Assembly (NCBI GenBank): GCA_951406725.2
Contig: OX597817.1
Span: 117,924,001-117,988,000 of the forward strand
Direction: 5' to 3'
DNA length: 64,000 nt
DNA from: Octopus vulgaris
Taxonomy: Eukaryota
In this document: positions 14,751 through 26,892 of the stretch, piece after piece
Numbering within the stretch: position 1 is the stretch's first letter
Layout of the letters: each line of letters starts with the position of its first letter
Translations under genes and position numbers: made by a program
The notes under the pieces: generated by a model
Told to the model about the DNA's origin: nothing
Seen by the model: only the letters and a program-made list of their open reading frames with translations
Database searches by the model: none

Positions 14751-14997
14751 TCCACGTCTGTGCCTTGAATTATTTAGAAAAACATACCCGTTTGTTTTAC
14801 ACAAATGAAACAATATGCAAGCATATTAGTTACTATATTGAGATATTAATTACACGCATTTCTTACGTGTATAGCACATGCTTCGTAAGTAGCAAAATTA
14901 CGATCATTAAAAGTTAATATTTTACTTATTAAATATACCATTTTTTTACATTTTAACTTCTTAATGAAAATTTCATAATTCTGAAAATATAATTGTA

Positions 14998-15040
<43 letters not shown>

Positions 15041-15095
15041 AAAATAAAACAACGGAAAATACGCACGCTTATATAGTTATAGTATAATTTTTATG

Positions 15096-15130
15096 GTATC
15101 GACCGTTTTCGCAATCGCTATTCATGATAC
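15096..15130 (-). ncRNA. Hammerhead-like motif with atypical core (inverted pLTR copy)
   Basis: Minus strand: GTATC-ATGAATA-GC gatt GC-GAAA-ACGG-TC-GATAC. Confidence 0.5.
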
Positions 15131-15241
15131 AATGTTTAATTTATATGAAAATATATTTTTTCTTAAGAAGAAAATGGGTCCATGTTGTTTATAATGAGAT
15201 TCATGAGTGAATGATTTTACAAGTTTTCAAGTAAAGGGAGG

Positions 15242-16123
15242 TATAAACCAACTGACGCAAAACAATATCTTCTTTTTAACTCATGGCACCCGAAACAGAT
15301 TAAAATAAACATCCCTTTTAACTTAGCAAAAAGGATCTGCACAATAGTGTCTGATGGAACAACTCGGGACCTTCGTCTTCAAGACCTCAAAACAACACTT
15401 ATTGAAAGACAATATCCACCCTCTCTTATTGAGGAGGGAATTAAACGTGCCAAACAATTAGACACAAAAACACTAAGAACAAAAAAACATAGCACCACAC
15501 CTCAAACCGAAACATTACTTTTTATATCAACACACAACCCTAGAAACAGTGAGGCATTCAACACTATTGTGCAAACTCTCACTTTACTAACTATGTATCC
15601 AAAAATGAACGACATCCTGAAAACACACAAACTCATCAACTGCAAAAAACAAGACAAATCGCTAAAGAGACTACTAACAAATGCGAAGCTTTACAAAACA
15701 ACCACGAAACCAACGGTTAAAAAATGTGGACGCTCGAACTGTGGAACCTGCCCCAACCTGCTTGAAAGCTCGGACTTCCTTTTCAAACAAGGACAGAGGT
15801 TAACAATTTAAACTAGGTTCACCTGTGCCTCTGAGAACCTAATTTATGTAATAACCTGCTCGGGTTGCAGTCATGAGTACATTGGACAAACGAGTTTAAT
15901 TTTGAGGAAGAGAATTACTCTGCATAAGGAGCAAATCCGTTTCCCGCAATACAGACAAATCCCTCTTAGTGAACACATAGAAAAATGTGCAGGTAACATC
16001 AAACCAAATTTTACAGCCTTCCCTTTCTACCAGTGCAAAGACACACTCTCTCAACTACAACGCTTAAATAAAGAAACTTTTTTCATTGAAAAATACAAAA
16101 CGCGTCTGGATAAGCACGCATAA
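15242..16123 (+). pseudogene. PLE reverse transcriptase C-terminus + Cys linker + GIY-YIG endonuclease, interrupted by an in-frame stop
   Basis: One frame reads YKPTDAKQYLLFNSWHP...IPFNLAKRICTIVS, then KCGRSNCGTC, a stop at 15809-15811, then FTCASENLIYVITCSGCSHEYIGQT...LRKRITLH...RLNKETFFIEKY. Confidence 0.9.
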
Positions 16124-16400
16124 CCAATTTTTATATGTTTACATATTACATCACTGTACATAAATCCCCTACTAAACAAGGCCTCCCTTTTTTAAAACCT
16201 GTCTCCTTTCTGTACACATATTTTCCCCACCCAAAACCTAAACAGTTATCTCCCTTACAGACAACAATAACAATAATAACAACCAATTTCCTCCCTTTAC
16301 TTGTCAACTTGTAAAATCATTCACTCGTGAATCTCATTATAAACAACATGGATCCATTTTCTTCTTAAGAAAAAATATATTTTCATATAAATTAAACATT

Positions 16401-16435
16401 GTATCATGAATAGCGATTGCGAAAACGGTCGATAC
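16401..16435 (+). ncRNA. Hammerhead-like motif with atypical core in the PLE 3' pLTR
   Basis: GTATC-ATGAATA-GC gatt GC-GAAA-ACGG-TC-GATAC: perfect 5-bp stem I and GUC triplet, but CUGANGA is replaced by AUGAAUA. Confidence 0.55.
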
Positions 16436-16549
16436 GTTAAAAATTATACTATAACCATGTAAGTGTGCGTATTTTCCGTTTTTTTTTATTTTACTTATAT
16501 ACATTACAATCCACCACGTGGGGACAACCGAAATTCCTCTTTCTGTTAC

Positions 16550-16606
<57 letters not shown>

Positions 16607-17133
16607 ATAATATATATATGTTTGTATGTATATACACAGCGAGAGGAGGAGACAGAGAGAGAGAGACAAAGACAGAAAGAGAGACAGAGAGAGACAGAAA
16701 ATAGAGAGGGTGATCCGGTGATCCTTTGAAGGTGAGTACATTCGCGTTTGCTGTATTTCTGGCCATTTCTTCATATAGGATAATGAACTGTTTCCTGTGT
16801 TATATCTGCTATCATAATATGAAGCGAATACATTCACGTTTTACTCATACAAATCAGGATAACTAAAGATGAACCGATTTTGTGCTAAGGTATTCTAAAT
16901 ATATGTTAACCTTGATTTTAAATTTGCTAATATCTCCCAGCTGCTTAACGCTTTGCTAAAGGCATAAACATACAAGAACAATAACTTAAATTAATAGTCA
17001 CGTACACATGCACCTAGCCGCGTATCGCATTTCCTCACTCCCTCCTTAAGTATATATACATATATATATATATATACATATATATTTATACATATATATA
17101 TATATATATATATCAATATATATGTATACACAC

Positions 17134-17182
<49 letters not shown>

Positions 17183-17451
17183 AATATATGTACATATGTA
17201 TATACATATATATATATATATATGTATGTATGCATGTATATATATATAATTGGGAGGACAGAAAGAATATATCTTAATGAAAGTATACAGCTGTATAAGC
17301 AAACGTTCAAAATTTTAAATGAAAAATTTATAATCCAATTACATTTCAACGGCAACTGGTAGGATGCTGAACACATTAAAAACAAGAGCAATGTGTGAAT
17401 GCAGATATGTATACCATGGAAAATAGCAAATACAATGTAAAATACGCGAAC

Positions 17452-17487
<36 letters not shown>

Positions 17488-18289
17488 ATGTATGTATGTG
17501 TGTATGCGCACAAGAGAGAGACAGAGAGAGAGAGGGTGCATGTGTGCGTGTGGGAATGTACACGCATGTATTTAAGTGTGTATTTTCGAATAGCATGGGG
17601 TAGGCAGATACGTACGGCACATATTTCAAAAGACTCACCAACCGAATGTTACATGATTTCAAGGTACTAAACGAATACTTCATGTTCCTTCTCTCAGGCA
17701 ATATTTCTACCTGTGGCTTACAAGCTGTTAGTCGTCAAGACTTTGCCATGAGAAGCCGGGAAAAATTCATACAATTTCAACTGTCGAAGTGGAGTTAACT
17801 CTTGAAAGTTTAAGTAACCTCAACAAATTCCGGTAAAGTAGAAATGGGTTCCTTTTCTATGCATTCGTCATCTATATTTGGGGCTAACCAACTACATTAC
17901 CCTTTTCTACATTACCGAAGTTTGTTATATATATATACATATACATAATGTAAATGAGTAACGAAGATGTGCAGGTCTCAAATCATTAAACGACTCCTTT
18001 AATTGATTAATGAAAACATTACATCATTTGAAAGAAATTGTCCACGTCAGATAGCCAGATAGACTTCAAACATAGAGGATAAAACCAATGTTTTAACATA
18101 TTCATATCAATAATGGAACACAAAATACATTGTTTCTATTCTCTGGCAGAATGAGTTTAGAAAGTAACACATACTTAGTCAAATCTGCTATAATTTAGAG
18201 AGTAGCTGAGGAAATAGTGGGGATAGAATGTAGTTTTCAACCATCAAGAATCAGATCTATTGGGAGTTGTCAATCTTCAACTGCATACT

Positions 18290-19292
18290 CCATATTTTAT
18301 GAAAAAAAATATGCATAACTTTAAAACATATTTACCTTCATGCATCCACGTCAATTCGTAATTCAAATTACACAAATATTTCAAAATAGTTAGGAAGAAA
18401 AAGTCATGCTTCTTCGTTCTCAATTCAACACGTTTCTAATTTGTCATTGAACAGACGGCGGAAAGTTATGTATATATAGATATATATATATAGTGAGAGA
18501 GAGGAAGAGAGAGGGAGAAGAGCAGTTAAAAACATATCTTCCATGCGTTTTGAATGATCAAGGTTTAAATAAAACATCGACAATTCTCCTTGATTCGAAA
18601 TGATTGTAGACGGCGGGTGTTATGAATGAAGTTTATTTCAAACTTCACGTGGTTAATACAGAACTAGTTTCATGTCTAATGCTCACATTAAATAAACCAA
18701 TTTTTAAAATTAATTTAAATTTCAAAATACTGAATATTCTAATATTCTATATTTTGTGAAAAAAGTATGCATGACTTTAAAATATATTTACTTTCATTCA
18801 TCAACATCAATTCATAATTCAAGTTACTCAAATATTTCGAAACAGTTATGGAGAAAGAAAAAGTCTTGCTTCTTTGTTCACGCTTATGCATATTTGTTCC
18901 TCAAAATATGGAGCATAAAACTGAAGATTGTAGTATGTTTGTAATTTAAATTAAATTTCTTTTTTAAAATTGATTTATAAAATTTGTGCACTAAACATTA
19001 AACTAGTCCTGTATTAACCACGTTGACTTTGAAATAAACATCATTCATCAAGCCGGCTGTCTATAATAATTTCGAAACAAGGAGAATTGTTGATGTTTTT
19101 TTTAAACATTGATCATCCAGCACTCATAGACGATAAGTTTTTAGCTGCTCTTCTCCATCTATCTATGTGTCTCTCTCTCTATATATATATATACATAATT
19201 CGCCGTCGTCTGTTCAACAGAAAGTTAGAAGCGTGTTGAATTTTGAACGAAGAAGAATGGCTTTTCTTTCTCCATAGCAATTTTGAAATATT
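18290..19292. repeat. Old diverged inverted repeat (~350-bp arms) with internal partial direct repeat
   Basis: About 18375-18725 matches the reverse complement of about 18940-19292 (e.g. CGTGGTTAATACAG/CTGTATTAACCACG). 18290-18420 is repeated at 18745-18880. Confidence 0.75.
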
Positions 19293-19362
19293 TTGAAATA
19301 TGTTGAAATATATATGTATATACATATGTATGCATATATACATATGTATATATATATGTGTG

Positions 19363-19407
<45 letters not shown>

Positions 19408-19479
19408 GTGTGTGTATTTGTGCGTTTGTGTCTTCCCATCACCGTCGCTTGACAACCGATGTTTTTATTAGTTACTAGG

Positions 19480-19850
19480 ACCTTCCCTTCCTATTCAATA
19501 CAATTAATTCAGAACTGGACAAGGTTTATCAATGGGTTATCGTTAATCGGCTTACACTTAATATTAACAAAAAAAATTTTACATGGTTTTCTCCACAAAG
19601 CCCCAACAGATACTTTCTAATGTCCTCATCGTAAGTAAAGCAATTTCAAATGCAACATCAACAAACATTCTCGGTATTCATATTGATAAGTATCTCACTT
19701 TCAAAACACATATAAGCAATTTATTAAAACAAAATTCCCGTACTCTTGGTATGTCAAATAGAATTTATTACCTTCTTCCTGAAAATATTACTGTAAAATT
19801 TATTATTCGTTAATATACTCAAAATTCTCTTACTGGGAGAATTGCAAAGT
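19480..19850 (+). pseudogene. CR1/L2-group LINE RT remnant
   Basis: INSELDKVYQWVIVNRLTLNINKK then, frameshifted, ILGIHIDKYLTFKTHISNL. Confidence 0.7.
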
Positions 19851-20561
19851 TCGGTTACTCAACTATGCCATTTATAAATCATGGAAGACTCCCAAAACAA
19901 AGAATCCTCAATCAAAATTTATATTAATTTTCCAAAATTGTAACCCAAGTATCTACGAAATTCATATCTATACCAGTAACTTTTGAAACATCTATATCAT
20001 ACGTTTTTAAACAGCATCTCTTTCATTCGATTCACTAGTTGATGCATTACCTAATACTGATGATCAATTTTGGATTTCATTTCGAAGGGTAATATATTCA
20101 TGAAACGATTGTAAGATATCTCAACCTCTTTGAATAATTATACTCTATATCTTTATCTATTAATACAATATTATTTATATTAGGGACGTATATCTTCTGT
20201 GATTTTTCAATGAAAGTTTTCCTGCTCATACTTTATTATATATATATAGCCAGCGCGGTGGCGTCATTTGAAGACTAAAACAATGCGAAGCGCATTGTGA
20301 CCAGCGATGTGTAGCAACATCTGATAGCCTGGTCGGTCACAGTGATATATATATGAGATGATGGTGTCATTGAGACCCAACGGTGTCAGGTAATGCTGAA
20401 TAAGTGCTATAGACAGACCATTGTTAAGTTCCAGATTCGGTAATATTGCGAATAAGGGGTTCAACTTTGGGTCTATGTCAGCGTGTGCATATAAGAATTA
20501 TTTGCGTAATAAGATAAAAAAACCAAGGCTGTATAGATATTAGAGCATTTATAGATGGAAA

Positions 20562-20613
20562 GCCTTACAGTTGTTTCTAGGATATTTATTAATAACATCC
20601 CTTCATCAGAGAC
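20562..20613 (-). ncRNA. Type I hammerhead ribozyme
   Basis: Minus strand: GTCT-CTGATGA-AGGGATGTT attaata AATATCCTA-GAAA-CAACTG-TA-AGGC. Confidence 0.75.
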
Positions 20614-20756
20614 GGTGTGAGAGGAAAGTTAATTCATAGTTAGTTTAGATGTGACACAAAATAGAGTGAGGTGGAGGAAAGAAAATAGATGCAAGATATG
20701 TATGGGTATTTTGCATCACATCTAAACTAATTATGACTTAATTTTCCTCTCACACC

Positions 20757-20808
20757 CTCTCCGATGAAGGGATATTATAAAAAAATATCCTAGAAATAGC
20801 TGTAAGAC
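20757..20808 (+). ncRNA. Type I hammerhead ribozyme (inverted copy, CCGA variant)
   Basis: CTCT-CCGATGA-AGGGATATT...AATATCCTA-GAAA-TAGCTG-TA-AGAC. Confidence 0.68.
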
Positions 20809-20879
20809 CGATCTATAAATGCTCTAATATCTATACAGCCTTGGTTTTTTTATCTTATTACGCAAAAGCTTCATATATT

Positions 20880-20913
<34 letters not shown>

Positions 20914-20914
20914 T

Positions 20915-21395
20915 GCAAATACCATAAGGGCACAGATAGTGTGCCTAAAGCCACCTGGAGACGATGATCTCCTGGTGCTAAAAGCTACAGTAACACCCAT
21001 CCTTTGTAGTTAGCCATATTGAGATGGCTATTATACTTTACATTGTCGAGCGGTTACTGTGTACATCTCGTTCAGAGATTTAATAATGCTTGCAGACAGT
21101 TTTTCGAAATCAGTGACGGAAGTTACTAGAAAAACACATATATTTGCTTACAGGCTTTCCCTTTCATCGTGATCCGGTGATTACCACCCGTTGACAAGAG
21201 GCAGCAACCTCGAAACCGCGGTCCGGTGCGTATCACTTAGGCTTACAAGAAAGGGATGGCCTCCCTTTGCAAATACCATAAGCGCACAGATAATGTGCCT
21301 AAAGCCAGCTGGAGACGATGATCTCCTGGGGCTAAAAGCTACAGTAACACCAACCCTTTGTGGTTAGCCATATTGAGATGGCTATTATACTTTAC
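20915..21395 (+). mobile_element. Partial tandem (about 1.36 units) of a 354-nt structured monomer containing a hammerhead; retrozyme-like
   Basis: 20915-21041 is repeated at 21269-21395 with a period of exactly 354. Several short hairpins. Hammerhead at 21185-21228. Confidence 0.75.
21185..21228 (+). ncRNA. Type I hammerhead ribozyme, core decayed by two transitions
   Basis: CACCCG-TTGACAA-GAGG cagcaa CCTC-GAAA-CCGCGG-TC-CGGTG. Outer pairing GTGAT(21177)/ATCAC(21232). Confidence 0.72.
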
Positions 21396-21507
21396 GTATC
21401 TATCTCTCTGTACATAAACACACATGCACATATATACATTCATAAATATCTGTTTTGCATCTATATATATATGCATTCATACATATATAGATAGATAGAG
21501 AGAGAGA

Positions 21508-21544
<37 letters not shown>

Positions 21545-22286
21545 ACAGACACAGATATGTCTGTCTTTATTTATTTATGCTTGAATGTGTGTATGTTTTC
21601 ATGCTTGTATAACTTGAATTTTAAAATGTAGGTAACATGCTTAAGAAAAATCTACGTATGATGGACGATGATGTTAATTTTAAAATAAAAGCTGTTATTT
21701 ATAGCTAGAAAGAAACTAAATAAAAGAAACCGGAATTAGGAGGTATATATACAGGAGCTTCGGCTGTTGCTGACGATACTGATTCCATTAAAAGAGCGAT
21801 TTTGTATAAGCTGAAATTTATATGCAGGTAACAATGAGAAATATCTCAAACGCCTTATTGTCAGTTTTCATACAAATTATAAAATTTATGATTCTAATAT
21901 TCTCGATATCAGGCGTGGTTTATTTCTTGTTTGAAACTGCAGATTACACATTTATGGTTAATATTTCACATATATTTCTTGCTTAAAACTTTAAATTCCC
22001 AAGGGAGATATATGTTCTAAAAAAATGAAGAACAAATAAATATATATATATATATAAATAACTATGACTTATTTCGCATCGGTTAACTGTCAGCATTATA
22101 TCTAACATTATGTTTAATATGATTTTTCTCGTTCTTTTTTCTTTCTTTTTAGTGTAATACAGTAAACAATAGAAAATAGTCAATACTACAATCTGTATTA
22201 ACAATTTGCTGTAAATAATTATAAGTTTACGCAGGAAAATATGTAAGGCAATAAAATTGTGTGTATGTGCGTATATACAGAATACC

Positions 22287-22317
<31 letters not shown>

Positions 22318-22411
22318 GTATAGATATATATACAATATATATATATATAAATACTTAAATATATGCTTATAAATATGCATATATATACACATAATCATAT
22401 ATATATATATG

Positions 22412-22449
<38 letters not shown>

Positions 22450-23299
22450 CATCTAATATAGGATAACATTTTTCGAAAAAAAATTTATCTATGGCTAACA
22501 TATTAAAATATACCTTTAAAGGTTAAATTATATATATATATACATATACGGGAAATCGTGTTTATGTGCGGGTATGTGTGGAAGCTCGTGACTTAGTAAA
22601 TTTGTGATTTCCATTCTTGGAGCGGTATGTTCGGAGCATTTCGTTTCACGTTGCTCCGCTCACTTCGTTGGCAAAATCGATTGTTCCTGTGACGGACCGC
22701 TGTTCCCTCCAGGGATGGGGGGTATTTACGTCACGGAATCCAAGAAACCAGTCTTATGAAGAAGTAGTTGATCACACTGCCGGTCTCAATATATATATAC
22801 ATTCTAATTTTTTGCCTGCTTTGAAATAAACCCCTTACTGTAACTACACAGTATACTTTCAGGTGGCAAGAATTGGTTTGTAGGTGTATTTTTTAAAATC
22901 TAATTTTTCCCAAATATTCCTACAACAGAACGTCACAATCTGTTTTCTATCTATCTATTGCCTTACATATTTTTCATATTCCGATTTTGTTTTTGTATAT
23001 GCCATATCTAGCGTATTCGTCATAGCATGATTTCTGCTCAAATTATTTTTGCCTTCACTGTGTTCTTATAAAAATGATTTACTTACTTATATATTTGCAA
23101 AGATCTTTATGTGTTAGCATTATATTATAATTGTTAATTTAGTGTTTAAGATTAACAATACAGTCTTTTCCTACGGGGAACCTAAGTACTGACATTAATT
23201 TATCACAAAATTCTTTTTCACTGGGAGTGGAAGAGGGTTTATTGTTTATATTCCTCATGTGTCTGATTGTATCCAAGTGTTATACTTCATTTATATCAA

Positions 23300-23516
23300 C
23301 GAGGATTGCTGAAAAGTTCCTGGCTTTAAGGGCGTCGCGAAAGGAGTGGTTGGAGTCACAACATTCCAAGTTCTTTTACAGTACTTAATATAACTGAAGG
23401 ACTGCTTCAATGAGTGTCTGAATCTTAGAGGGCAAAATATTAAATGAAATCATAATTAACTGACCCACCCGTAATTTTTTATACCCAATGCAAGGAACTT
23501 TTCAACACTCTTTCTT
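23300..23516. mobile_element. Tc1/mariner-derived MITE-like element
   Basis: Imperfect terminal inverted repeats TGCTGAAAAGTTCCTGGC ... GCAAGGAACTTTTCAACA; about 215 bp; non-coding. Confidence 0.6.
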
Positions 23517-24434
23517 ATATACACTCCTGCCGTAATATTTACACCCAAATTAGTTTTGTAAGTGTAACTACACCAATCGTTAAATGTTTTCTTCTACGTT
23601 ATACTTAATCTGCTTCTTGTTAAATTTCCTCAGCTCGTACACTTCTTGTCGCCAATGTTCTTCTAATGTTTAACTATGGTAAAAAAAAAAAAATATTCAT
23701 TTACAGACGCATTTTATTCAATGTATGAATTTTCCTCACGCCCTACCAATATTTCGAATCTCCTAAAAAGAGATTAGTATGGCATCATCATTTTAGATGT
23801 GCCATGAACATTTCTTATATTGTTATCCAATCTGTATTCAAGAATATTTAGCCTACAACTTGTCTTTAGTATCTCGTGATTGCATTTAATACCCCGTCAG
23901 AGATTACAATGCAATTAATCAACATTCTTCTCAAGCACAGCTCCATATGTATCACAAGCCCCAAACATGAATGTTTAGCGAACTCTTGAATTTCTTTCCT
24001 ACGAAGATTATATTAACAACTATCTTTTTTTTTTATCCTGTACTCAACGCTATTGTCATCTTTTCCGAAAGAGATTGTAATGTACCGCATAAACAAGATG
24101 TAAATAATTACTTTAATCATGAATTTACCCAATAATTACGCCTGCATAATTAGAATCGTAAACTAATATACTTCTAATTATTCCAAATTTAACTGCATTT
24201 AACGTCATCTCTTGAACTCTGTTATTTTTCACCTGTTAGTTAACATTGATTAACCTGTATGATTACCAAACATTGGTTTTATTTCATTAGGAGCATCTGA
24301 AATGTGTTTTTAATGATTTCAAATAGTGCTAATACTATCACTAATCACAATGCTACTCTAATTATAAATGCATTTAAATAAAAATATCTTCGAAATTCAT
24401 AAATTAGTCCTTAAGTTATGAACTGTATATGACC

Positions 24435-24635
24435 GCGTATGTACCGTTGGCGATTTTTTTCCTCCGTCTTCCCTTCTCTGGATCTTTCCTTTCCTATGTT
24501 TCTGACGAAGAGCTCCGCTCGGAACGTTAAGCCCACTTTCTTCCCTTCCTTCCTTCCTGAGCGTCCAATAATACTATATTTGTTCTACGTCCCCGTGTTG
24601 TTGTGTTTTCTTTTTGTGTTTTCATGTTTGGATTA

Positions 24636-24640
<5 letters not shown>
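24435..24640 (+). mobile_element. PLE pseudo-LTR 3' fragment ending in (TA)n
   Basis: Pyrimidine-rich segment carrying a hammerhead motif and running directly into a (TA)n tract. Confidence 0.55.
24498..24532 (+). ncRNA. Ultra-minimal type I hammerhead (GAAA changed to GGAA)
   Basis: GTTT-CTGACGA-A-GAGC tcc GCTC-GGAA-CG-TT-AAGC; stem III reduced to the palindrome AACGTT. Confidence 0.62.
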
Positions 24641-24677
<37 letters not shown>

Positions 24678-24943
24678 CATATAAGGAAAGAGTGATGGGA
24701 GAGGGAGAGGTTTGTGTGTGTGCGTGTGCATATGTGTGTATGTGTGTGTATTTATGCGTGTATGTGTGAGGAGGTTGTCTTTTTTAGCAACATTTCAATG
24801 CTAGGTATTTTAGTAGAACATTAAGTCGGTTACGTTTATTCGACTGTAAAAGCATGAAGCGTAAAACTTCTCGGTAGGACTTCAGCTCATGATGCCGAAG
24901 AACGTAGTAAATGTTCCAAAATATGTTGTCAGACATTTTAACA

Positions 24944-25960
24944 GTTAGTTAGTTAGTTAATTTGGCTCAAAAGCAAATAGCCAGGCCATGTAGGGGGACA
25001 TGGAGCTAAGTACAGGGTGGTGTTCATGCAAAGAGTTCAGGCCACTTGAGGTCCAGGGAGGCTTTGAACAAAACGGTCGTCGGCATCTTCACCATCTCGT
25101 CTGGCAGCTTGTTCCACGGATCCGCAACCCGGACGGAGAAAGCTCCTCTCCTTCGATTGAGATGAAATCGTCGCAGGTAGAGCTTTTCGGAATGACCCCG
25201 CAGCCGACGCTCCGGAGCAGGAGTGAAGAACAGCTCTTTCGAGAGGTTACACTTTCCGCTTATGATGTTGTGGGCGAGAATGAGATCACCACGGCGGCGG
25301 CGTTTTTCAAGAGAACAAAGGTCGAGCGTCCTCAGCCTTTCTTCGTAGGACAAATTTCTGAGACCATGAACCATGCGGGTAGCCAGCCTCTGGACTCTTT
25401 CGTGGGGCTGTATGTATTTGAGGAGATAAGGAGAAGAGGATTGACGCCAATACTCCTATTTGGGTCTCACCAGCGTGACATAGAGTGGCAGGAATATGGC
25501 TGCTGTGAGCATTCCGAATGACCGTCGAATCAAAAACAGAATTCCGCGCGGTTTGTTGGCAGCATGGACGCACTAGGCCGAAGGCGAAAAGGAGGAATCC
25601 ACCAAGATACCCAGGTCCTTTACCTGATCGGTCCTCTCCAGCAGCAGACGACCCGGCTCGAAATCAAGTTGAGTTGCAGGAGTAGAGCCGACAGGCAGAT
25701 GACAGCACTTTGACACGTTCAGACACAGGTCCCAATCGTTAGACCACTTCCAAATTTGGTGGAGGCATCGACGAAGATCCTCTATACTACCGCGAGGAGC
25801 GACCAGTTTGATATCGTCGGCAAATAGAAGGGTGTGTTGCGTGAGGTCGTCGGGCAAGTCATTTATGAAGACTAAGAACAACAAGGGCCCAAGCACTGAA
25901 CTTTGAGGCACGCCACTGCTCGCACTGGAGACGTCGGACCGCGAACCATTAACTTGAACT
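24944..25960 (-). mobile_element. 5'-truncated CR1-group LINE (RT C-terminal half + 3' UTR + (CTAA)n tail)
   Basis: SGVPQSSVLGPLLFLVFINDL...LLFADDIKL...KDLGILVD and LSYEERLRTLDLCSLEKRRRRGDLI...FSVRVADPWNKLP. Tail reads (GTTA)n on the plus strand at 24944-24960. A stop and frameshifts are present. Confidence 0.93.
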
Positions 25961-26397
25961 TCTGGATTCTTCTTGCAATTTTTGCTGTCAGTGTCCATGT
26001 TCTTGGCAGGATTATGACCAATGCAGTGGAAGACCACACGACCTACTCGGAAAGACCAATCCCAAAGTAGATAAAACAAAGTAATAGTGCGTAAATATTA
26101 CTTAAAACCCTCCCTGAGACAGGGAAAGCTAAAGAGGATCCTTGTGACTCGAACCCACCGTATAGAAGTTCTACTATTTGATCGAAACTCTCACTCGAAT
26201 TTCGCTATATATTTTAGAGAGATTTTTTCTCCTGTTCTGTTATGACATGAACAACTCTCGGTGCTAAGAATTGTAACCAAAATGAATAAATACTCATCTA
26301 CGTATAAGTATATATGCATGTATGTATATATGTTTGTATGTATGCATATGTGTGTACATATATAAAACATATATGTGAGCAAATATTCGTGTGTAAA

Positions 26398-26455
<58 letters not shown>

Positions 26456-26518
26456 TATACATTCGTGTAAATATATATATATATATAAAACTTATATATG
26501 CGAGCGTTTGTCGACTCA

Positions 26519-26578
<60 letters not shown>

Positions 26579-26599
26579 CGTGTGAACAGACCAGAGAAA

Positions 26600-26892
26600 G
26601 AAGGGCACTCAACACATTATTAGGTATACCAGAAAGTCAATTCTGGCCCATGATGATTCCTTTTGGGTGAAAACAGAAAGCAATCCATCGTTCGACGTCT
26701 CTATGTTTAGCTTTGACGGGGCTGAAATCGCCAGCCTCGACGGGTTATACATCTTTGATTACTTCAAGAGACGTACCCACCCATAAAGGTCGGCTCTTTA
26801 TAGAGACGACGTCCTGGATATCTCAAGCCATATGAACGGCCACACCAAGGATAGGTTCAGGAAGGGGATTATACAAATATTTAAGGAACGCT
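26600..26892 (+). pseudogene. Penelope-like reverse transcriptase core remnant (not in the ORF track)
   Basis: Manual translation: RKSILAHDDSFWVKTESNPSFDVSMFSFDGAEIASLDGLYIFDYF...*RSALYRDDVL...MNGHTKDRFRKGIIQIFKE. This resembles FDVTMGSxDGAE and YRDD motifs. Confidence 0.72.

Larger units (their letters stand above)
15037..16552 (+). mobile_element. 5'-truncated Penelope-like retroelement with inverted 5' pseudo-LTR, inserted in (TA)n
   Basis: 15037-15241 is the reverse complement of about 16290-16500. The RT C-terminus and GIY-YIG coding region lie between the arms. (TA)n flanks both ends. Confidence 0.92.
20355..20868 (-). mobile_element. Non-coding PLE-type fold-back element with hammerheads
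   Basis: About 20501-20655 is the reverse complement of about 20716-20866. The left arm continues into a tail. TA runs flank the element. Confidence 0.72.

Noticed and set aside
24870-24940. CCGAAGA-ACGT...ATGTTCCAAA possible hammerhead
   Set aside because: No GAAA box and no consistent stem I.
25000-25521. 173-aa plus-strand ORF
   Set aside because: It is the antisense shadow of the CR1 LINE fragment.
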